DNA of 64,000 nt from assembly GCA_028534125.1 (NCBI GenBank), contig CM052817.1, positions 97,714,001 through 97,778,000 of the forward strand, read 5' to 3'. Shown here in pieces: positions 54,931-64,000 of the stretch. A model generated the notes under the pieces. The model did no database searches and was not told the origin of the DNA. It saw only the letters and a program-made list of their open reading frames with translations. Every line of letters begins with the position of its first letter. The first letter of the stretch is position 1. The stretch is from Lama glama. Taxonomy: Eukaryota. The translations under genes and the position numbers were made by a program.

Positions 54931-56581
54931 GAAACTGAAGTGAAGCCAAAATTCCTAGTGAATCTACCTTCTCCTAATATTACCGTTAGTGGGTCAAATG
55001 AACTTGAAATAGGAGAGACATTCTCTCCAGAAGAAGCTTCATTGATAAATGGAACAATTGTTGTCATTCAGTGCAGGAATGAAATAGATGCTTGCTGTTA
55101 CAAACATCACATCAGCTTGGAGAGAATGGACTCACACACATTCTTTGCATCTGACATCCAAAGAGTTGTAGTGAGGCATCCTGACCCTTCTCTATGAGTA
55201 GAACTGATTTCATTGCCATATCCTTGCCTCCAACGAAGGTTTTCAAAACTCTAGTATTTTAAAACTGCAATGCTCTTATTTTCTAATAACATAGCAGAAC
55301 AGTGAAGAGAAATAGGCACTTTAATGCCTAAAATATGCAGTAAGACTGCATAAGGGGTTGGGGATGGGAAAAACAACCACAGATTTAATTTTTAACACAA
55401 GCTTAGGGATTGCACAGAAAAATAACCCAGACTGGCTTCTTTTTGTCATTGCTTCACACAGCATGAGAAACCTGAGTGTATTCAAGTGACTTCGCACACT
55501 TAAGACTCAGTTTTGCAGGTTGAATGGAGCTCAAGGGTGGGGTGACCAATATTGTGGCAGTAATTCTGTTGGATAAACATCTGGCCCTGGGCTCCTCCCT
55601 GGAAGGAGCTCTGTTTGTTTGAAGTAGTCATACTAAAACTTCTTTGGTAGGGGTTATAGACAGCACCCAGAAACCTCTTCTCAGCTTGACACTGGATAGA
55701 CAGGAAAATAGGTGAGGATAGCTGGGTAAGATTTGTATTTCTGTGTCCAGGAAGCTCCATTACTGGTATTCTAAAGGGGGTCATTAATTCAAATATAGCC
55801 CCATCTGACTCTGAAACTTGTCAAAAGAAGAGGTTTTTGGTTTTTTGTTTTAATTCAGCCGGAAACACTTTAATCAAATTACTCTTTGTTTTGACTTCCT
55901 CGTAATTTCTGGAACATACTTTTGTGCCAAACCAAAGCTAGTATCAGACCAAGTTGGGTAAAGAGAGAGGTAAGATAGAACCTCCATACCTGCTTCGAGG
56001 TTGGGTGGCGCCAAAATCATCCTGAGTTTCTCCCTTCACTGAATCGTGCAGTCTCAAATTCCTCCCATCTCTCTGCCCAGAGGAGAGAGTGGAATGGTCT
56101 CCATCTTCTGATGTAACCAGGACAGCTTTCAACACCTTGGGAACTTCCTTTGAGGATACAATACCCTCAGCCTTTCTTGCCTCTCTAGTCATGAAACAGG
56201 TTCCTCAGTTTAGAGGATACATAAGATTTTACTTTTATTTGCTCCTTTAAGTAACATCAGAGGTCGAGACAAATCAGTTCCTCCACATTTTCACATGCAA
56301 AACTCACGAAGTGATAGACATAATTATTATATTTCTTCCCGGCAGAGCCAGTCATGCACAGTTTGATATATTTCTTCAAGCAGTTTAATTTTACTATGGT
56401 CATCATAACAAGTAAGCCAATATTGCCTTCATTCTTATTCATTTTCTCCCGAGTACATAGATTTTCTATTTGTTAAAATTTCTTAAATGAAAAGAACCAG
56501 GATGAGAGGATGATATATGATTTTGATACATGAAACAATGTTACAACTTTCCTACAGAATTTTTCTTCTGAGTTTGGTCAA

Positions 56582-56585
<4 letters not shown>

Positions 56586-56627
<42 letters not shown>
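56586..56627. repeat. (AAT)n microsatellite at MIR tail
   Basis: Direct reading. Confidence 0.95.
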
Positions 56628-56630
<3 letters not shown>

Positions 56631-56865
56631 CTTAAGTAGCACTTACGATGTACCAAGCATTGAATGGGTTTTCAGTTTATTCATTTAATCTTAAAAACAT
56701 ACCTACAAGTACAAAATACTACTTTAAACCCACTTTGTAGATGAGGAAGCTGAGTCATAGAGAGGCTGAGTAACTAGTTCAAGGTCATGCAGCCAAGTAC
56801 CACTGCTAGAGCTAGGATCTGAACCGGGCAATCCAGCATCTTAGTCTTTGTTCTTAACCTCTGAG
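56628..56865 (-). mobile_element. MIR SINE
   Basis: 'gtagatgaggaagctgag...agaggctgagtaact...caaggtcatgcagc...ggatctgaacc'. Confidence 0.85.
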
Positions 56866-59399
56866 TTATAACTTTTTTCACCAACTAAAACAGATTCATG
56901 CACTACAACTACTGCTAGTCTCTATTAAATCACTTTATTCTTTCTTGAGCCATCTTGGAGTGTATACATTCTATGATTGAGTGGTAAATAGTGATTTTTC
57001 AGACACACCAACTGCCTTATCTTTTTGGTAAGATTAGATTTTGGTGTTGAAATTATCTCACATTGTCCTCCTCCAATTCTTAATTTTTTTTTAATGTCTC
57101 AGTAAAAATACTTTTGTTTCCTACTTGCTAACAGATTTTACAACCATGCAATGAAAAATATAGTAATTTTAAAGACAACAATGAAAAAAGTATTCAGAAA
57201 TGTTTTAGCATTTGAAAATAGCCAAATAATGCAAAAATGGCAAGATATGACTTGAAGGTAACCACTTTACAAGTCTTAGAAATGTGTATCAGAAATCCTA
57301 TTTTCTTTTTATAGGCAGGCAGTGGGTACACAAGTGTCGTATGACTTAAGAATATATTTGCTTAATGACTGACCAGGTCCAGCGCCTCTCTGGTTTATGA
57401 GCACAGCCCTGTCTGTTGCTATGTAGATGATGAATTGTAATAAGTGTGTTCAAGGACATTAGATCACATCTGCAAAGAGATTCAGAGACCATCTACTGGA
57501 CAGTGTGAAAGGAGGCTCAAACAGTTCTGGTTAAGAAAGAGCTATTTTTCTTTTTCTTTTCTTTTTTTCTTTCTTTGTGGAGGTCTGTCTTCATCTTTCT
57601 ATCCGTTAATCTTTAACTATTAATTCCTATTGTCCTTAAATTATCTTTCAAATCTACTACATATATCTTAGGATATAATTGGCTCCCATTGGATGACTGC
57701 ATGTTTTATTTCACTTTGTAGCCTTGACGTTCTTTCAATTCATTTTCATCAAGGCAGTGTATTGAATGAATGTATTTTACAAAACAGTAGTTGTTGAATT
57801 CTGATGTGTGTGTGTGTGTGTGTTTGCACGTGTGTGAGTGTGTGTACATGTGTATAGTACATCTAGGAACAAACTTGTGTTTCAGGGTGGACCTTTGGCA
57901 TTCCAAGTTTTAGTCAGAATTACTTTTTATGACTTAGTTATAAACCTCCAAAACATGGCCTTATCATGCAAGTGCTGACATAACCTTTACATTTACCCAG
58001 CTAGAGATCAAGGTGCTATAAAACAACATATTTGAAAAGTCAAGCAAGGTAAAACACTGGGTTAATATTCATTGGGAAAAAGAAGTTGACCAAACACTTC
58101 TAGTTTCTGTTTTAAATGAAATATAGACCATTTTATACCTTCAGTAACAAAATAAAATGTAAAATGACTATCATATGTAAGTGAAATTAATACCAGAAAA
58201 GACTCCTTATGGGGAAAAAATGGACCTCAGTTAGGGACTTTACTATTTTCTAGTCCAAAATCAAATTTCTGAATGCTGTTGAGAGTTACTTCTCTAAGAA
58301 ATTAAATTTTGGTCTTGCAAGTTTTGCTGAAAAGGTACTCAGTCCTTCCTGAGTGCTGTGGAAGGTCAGAGAACACAAGCAGTCACACGGAAGGTTATGC
58401 CAGTAGAATTCTCGTTGAACACTTGATGTCATATGTCATCAGACACTAGCTTTTCTATCAGGTCATTTCAGGATAAGGTAGTACTGAAAAAGCAGAACCA
58501 ACTGACTGGGTGGATTGCTAACAAGTTTCAGGGGTTTGGCTGGCATTCCGAAGTTTATTTGAATTAATCCTCAACCCCATTGGCCCGCAGAGCTTGGTGA
58601 AAACTGGCGTTTCAGCGACCACCTTCATTGCTTCCTGATTATTCTGGTATCAGAAACACAAGAAAAATACTTGCAAGACAGATTTTTATAGGAATAATTT
58701 TCTTCAGGTAAGGAAGCTCTTTCTGTCAAAAGGTACAAAGAGCATCCGTTTTGTTTATTTGCTATGCTTGGCAACTGCCAGAGAAGGTATTTACCAAAGC
58801 CAGTCTAATTGGTGTGCTGATGACTTGTTTCTGGGGATTATTCGGTATTTACACTTTCTACAGTAGGTTTCAAAGAATTCTCATTGATGGTTTAAACAGG
58901 TAGAAGTTCCCAACAGATACAATCAGTTCTACCCGTGAATCTGTAAAAATTTTAGTTGTATTTTTATGCCTCATAGATGATGACTGAACTGAAAAAGTGT
59001 TAGGATACGTAGAAAACACCGTATTTTTCTGAATCTTAAGGCTTTAGGGTTTAAGGACATTATGAATTATATGATGATCTTCAATTTCCATCTAGTCTGT
59101 CTCACAATTTGCAATGGAAACACTTGGATTCTTTCTGAAGATAATGCGTATAGACTTAGAAAATTCTGTTTATGCTTTAGTAAGGTTAGGGGAAAACCTA
59201 TATTCTGTTTACACTACTCTGAGTAAGTGCCCCACTGTATCTGTGAGTTGGATGGGGTTTGTCTTGGGTTTTGATTGTACATACGCAAATGTAGCTAAGT
59301 GGGAGAGGAAGAATCAACTCCGTTAATGGCAGGGCAAAAAGAAACACCTCTGTTGTCCGGCTTTCTTAAAAGATAGATTTGAGAACAGTCTAATCCTGG

Positions 59400-60230
59400 A
59401 AGCCCAGAGGCGGGCACGAGGGCGTATAGTAGCACTATCCTCTGGTGAACGTGGCACGAAAGATGCCAGCTCCCTCCCGTCCAATCAGATGGGAACGTCC
59501 TCCTCCCTCGGCGCGGAGGGCGGGGCGATGGGCGGGGCGATGGGCGGGGCCGAAGCTTGCGCAGATCTCCTCCGCGCGCCAAGGTGCGAGTGAGGGGAGG
59601 GCGCGAGGGGCGTTCTCCCAGCGCCGTGCTTCCCGCCTCACGGTGCAATGCTCTGCCTGGTTTCCACGCCGAGGGACTTCCCGGAAATTGCTCGAGTGCC
59701 CTCAGAGGCGGAACCTTGCCCCCAGCCGTCCTGGTGCTCCGGCAGACTGGTAGGAAGTTCTCACAGGGAGCCCAGCCTGCCCCGTGACTTCCGTGTTCTT
59801 CTTCAGTCCAGCGGCAAAGAGCAGGTTCTGTCTTGCAGCTGATTCTCAGATAGTTGAGTCAGTTCCCTCTCCGCACGACCCCTGCCCCACAAATACCTGA
59901 TTTCTCCATGAAATCCAAATGCACTCTGAGGAGAGGGAAAACTAGGAAGTATTTTTGGAAAAATGTAAGGATACTTAAAACCAGTTTCCTCTTAGGACCA
60001 CTCCCTGCGTGCCCGCCTCTCGCCCCCATCACCGTGGAGGGGAAGTTCAGGTCAGAGCCTGTGGGAAGGGTGACCCTGATGGCAGGACACCTGAAGCATG
60101 GTGGGGGATGGGTGGTGGCTCTTCTCTCCTCGCACTGAACTGCAGCCAGGGCTCCGGCCCCTCTCTGCACGGCTCCCTTTGCCTCCGCTCTCAGAAGTGA
60201 AATGCTGCACAGCCGCCAGGGCTGGTGCAG
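59400..60230. promoter_or_regulatory. CpG-island promoter of an unidentified transcript
   Basis: Abrupt CpG/GC enrichment in an AT-rich window; CCAAT 59481-59485, GC boxes 59518-59550, TGCGCA 59558-59563, GGGACTTCCC/TTCCCGGAA 59673-59686. Confidence 0.85.
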
Positions 60231-62391
60231 AGTTAAGACACTTTGAGCCAAGAAAATAAAGAGTCAGATGTCCCGGCAGCTTTCAGTGCGTCCTGATTCT
60301 CACCACCCCCAGAGCAACCATGAAAGTAGGAGGGACCAGATGAAGACATTTAAAAATTGGTTCTGCTCCACAGGGATCCGGAGCAGGCTGGGGCTCGGCT
60401 GCTTTGAGGTGGCTTCAGAGGCTCCTTTCTGGTGTCAGAACATGAAGGTGGCAGCTCTGCACCCCTTTGAAACCTCTCTGACTCACCCTAACCTTGAGGT
60501 AGGAAGAATGAAACTTTCTTTTATTTCTTTCTTTGTTTTAAAAACACATTTAACATACAATCGAATGAAACCAAATTCCATGGAAATCCAACGGAAGCAT
60601 ATATTCAGCATAGCCATGGCCAGCTTCTGGTCTTGAGCAGGGATCCGTGACTGAGGGAAGTGTGTGGGTGTTTGTGCCGGATCCCTGCCATTCACTGGGT
60701 CTCGGGTGAGATCTGCGTGAGCGAGTTAAGAATTCCATTTCTCTTCTACATTCCAAGAGAGAAGGGAAGTGCACTTAACGCTGTAGTGTGAAAAAAACAA
60801 ACGAAATGAAACAAAACAAAACCCTCTACAATGTAAAGGCCCACTCACACTTGGAAAACCGTGTACCAACTGCTGGAGCGTGGATTAGATACACTTGGGG
60901 CCTTTCTCTGAGATGACATCAACAATCTGTTGCTTCACGGTCACTTGGGTCACGACCATTTTGCTGGGGCCTTACCTACTGAGCGCTTGCATGGCTGCTG
61001 GAAAACGTTCATAGAAAAGGACAAGTGAGACAGGAGATGTAGAGAAAGGAAAAGCAGGCTTTAGCCACCTGCATATGACTTGGCAAAGCGTGAGCCTCTG
61101 TAATCACCTTGTAGAGATCTGAGACCTTCCAGGGTCTTTAGGAATTCATTAAGAGCATCAGGGTCTGTCACGAGGTAAGTGTTGAGTAGATAAGGTTGAA
61201 AGAGCAGTAGATGAAACTTCCTTCCTTTCTCATTACATCACACAAACGTCTGTGTTCCCGGCTAGATATGTGAGGGAAAAAAATAAAAGAGGAAACTCTA
61301 AATAATGATTGATAAAATGCCAAGCAACTTCAGAACTTGGTTGGCCTTTGCTCTCTTGAATTGTATCCTAATGCCTATGTAACATGAACCTCCAAAGTAA
61401 TGTAACTTAAAACAAAACAAAACAAAACAAAACAAAACCCACAATACCCTTACAACATACCAAAAAAGGTAAATCTGCATTATGTCCTCTGGAGCAGTCA
61501 TTCAAGAATGCTAGCACTCAACCCAATAAGTCTGAAATTATTCAAAACCATTTTTATGTTGTCTCTCTGCAAGTATGAACAGTTCCACATACATTACTTC
61601 GAACGTCTTAGTGTGACCTTACAATCTGGCACATACATCTTGTCTAGCATCCTCGTTTGATGGAGAAACTTGATTCTGGAAAGTTTAATTGACTTGTCCA
61701 AAGTCACAGAAAGCTGAGACCAGAACCAAGATCTGTTTTCCAGGACAGCATTTTTGCCACAACATCTTTCTGCCTTTTTCCTTTGTGGGTGGACTTCATT
61801 TTTGGGGGAAAAAAAAGAAAAGGCATAAGTGAGTCTAAGTCAAATCTAGTGAATAAGATGGATGATCAACTCATGCAATGTGGCAAACTTTCATTGGGCA
61901 CTGACTATATACAAGGCATCTTGACAAGGGCTCAAAGAATACAAGAGATTTTAAGGCATAGAGTGTGACCTTAAATTAACTGTAATAGGAGGATCAAAAA
62001 AAATGAGCTGTGATTATAGTATAATTGAGAATAGTTTCCCCGAGTTCCTAATTTTGTATTATATCCCTTCAGTCAATAGGTTTAGATTCATGAAATCAAC
62101 AGAGAAAACACCTACTTTAGTTAAGTACCTATTTGTTGTGTCTTCCTCTCAAATTCACAATGACTAGGTAGGGATGAAAAAAAATTGTTAGCTTCTGAAA
62201 AGCATTTTGAGTCTTTAAAATGAAAGTGGAACCCTAACATTGTAGGTAAGGGTGCAATGATTATTTGCTGTAAAAAACTGTTAGCATTTTCAGAATATTT
62301 GTGTACTGCCAAATTGCTATGTGGATACTTTTGGGGAAATGAAATCAACACATCCAATCTGTGGTGACAGACCTCTAATCAATCCTGTGCA

Positions 62392-62428
62392 ATTCTAGAG
62401 TCTTTCAAATATTCTAGAGTCTTTCAAA
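62392..62428. repeat. 19-bp tandem duplication
   Basis: attctagagtctttcaaa(t) x2. Confidence 0.85.
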
Positions 62429-62669
62429 GCAGAACTTAATTTTGCTGTTTTTTAAAATGCTGAAATAAAGATAATAAATACCTTGTTAATCTCTGTTTCA
62501 GTTAACTTATATTATGATGATATAACTAGCCTGGAAACACACACTCATTGTCTATAGCTTTTCCTGTTATTTTTAGTAATAAAATAAATATATCTTAATA
62601 AGAATATCTTACTATTGACCTATCATCAATAGAGTTTGAAGTTAGTTTTCTAGTAATAATATTCACTTG

Positions 62670-62905
62670 GGAGATTAACACTTGTTGAACATATATTCGA
62701 TGCCTGGTGCATTTATAAACTATGAGTTGCTTCATTTATACATATAATCTTCATAATAACTTCCTGAGGTAAGCGTTACTAACTTAGTAAGGAAACTGAG
62801 TTTCAGAGAGGCTAAGTAAGTTACCTGAATTAATGAAATGAGAAAGGAATTGTGCTGAGATTTGAATCCAGATCTGTGGGTTGCTAAACTGTGTTCTTTT
62901 CACTG
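62670..62905 (-). mobile_element. MIR SINE
   Basis: 'ggaaactgagtttcagagaggctaagtaa...gagatttgaatccagatctg'. Confidence 0.8.
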
Positions 62906-63772
62906 CATTAGCTGTACATGCTCCTTTAAATTAGAGTGCTCTGTGACCTTTCCCCATATAATCAAGGACAAACATTATGAGATGCTTGGCGTCTGGGGAG
63001 AAGAGAGTCGGGAATAAATGGTTGAGAAAAAAAAAGTAGTTAGTTAGGTGATCTCTGAACTCCCAAGTCCAGCCCTTGCCCTACCACACTTACCTGAAAG
63101 AACTCTGGTGGATATATACGTATAGAAGATCAGGTCCGGCAAATAGGAGCATTTGATTAATGCCTGTGTTTTTTGTGCATGTCATTCTGGTGCATTTTCT
63201 TGGGATCTAACCTGGACCTTGTGGAGAACCTCTAAGCTCCTGCTCAGGCCAGATGTTGCCCACGTTGCGTTCTTTTCCTCTGCCTCTCTCTTGTTCCCAC
63301 TTGGCTTCTAAGGGAGACAGGAGCAGAGAGGAAGTCACTTGTTCTGCAGTGAGGACAGGGCCTGATTCTGCTCTTCCTGTGGGGAGGAAGCAAATCCAAA
63401 GAGAGAAGTGTTTGTGTTCTTTCTGAAAATGCACGTCCTGGAGCCCCATGTTCCCCCAACCTTACCTTCTGGCACACTCAAATTTTAACTCCCCTATTCA
63501 ACCTTGCGAAAATTATTAGCCTGGGGACCAATAAGTATTCTTGTCTCTTGAAACAACCACGGTGGATGGATTAAGGATAATGGAAATGGAGAAAGCTTAG
63601 TACAGAGGCAGGTAAGGAAGCTGTCAGTTTCTCTTAGCTTTGGGGGAACAGTGTGCATTGATTTCATGGATACCCAACTCATGTTCCTGTCTTTTTTTTT
63701 TTTTAACCATTCACTTAGTATTTATTCACAATTCACATCCATCATTATCGCCTATAGCATGGCTCACTGTTC

Positions 63773-63839
63773 CTTTTTAATTGAGGTATAGTTGATTTAC
63801 AATGTTGTGTTCGTTTCTGGTGTAAAACATAGTGATTTG

Positions 63840-63882
<43 letters not shown>

Positions 63883-64000
63883 CACATATTCTTTTTCATT
63901 ATAAGTTATTACAAACCATTGAATATAGTTCCCTGTGCTATACAGTAGAATCTTATTGTTTATCTATTTTGTATCTAATAGTGTTATTTATCTATTTTGT
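63773..64000 (-). mobile_element. L1 3' UTR (runs off the window) with internal (TA)n
   Basis: 'aattgaggtatagttgatttacaatgttgtg', 'gaatatagttccctgtgctatacagtag'; (TA)n 63842-63877. Confidence 0.9.

Noticed and set aside
55944..56192. 82-aa minus-strand ORF with an internal CAG|GTATGG donor
   Set aside because: No homology recognised and no convincing acceptor or promoter
59295..60251. Multiple R/P/G-rich ORFs over the CpG island
   Set aside because: Expected from stop-codon scarcity in GC-rich DNA; open in many frames on both strands
1..64000. CRISPR arrays, operons or other prokaryotic systems
   Set aside because: The sequence is clearly mammalian and shows no repeat-spacer periodicity or dense coding

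Overview
AT-rich mammalian genomic DNA, most likely camelid (tRNA-Ala-derived SINEs of the Vic-1 type plus camelid/artiodactyl-like L1 3' UTRs). The window is largely intergenic or intronic and full of interspersed repeats (old and younger L1, L2, MIR, ERVL/MaLR LTRs, hAT MER58A/MER5) and microsatellites. I cannot support any protein-coding gene; the ORF track looks like chance or repeat-derived ORFs. One CpG-island promoter lies at about 59.4-60.2 kb, with CCAAT, three tandem GC boxes and an overlapping NF-kB/STAT site. The most striking unexplained structure is a ~275-bp inverted repeat (28760-29034 / 33627-33900) enclosing ~4.6 kb. I do not recognise it as a known transposon; its outer ~172 bp are ~97% identical and its inner ~100 bp only ~85%. 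Repeat family names come from recalled consensus motifs, not a search, and boundaries of old repeats are approximate.
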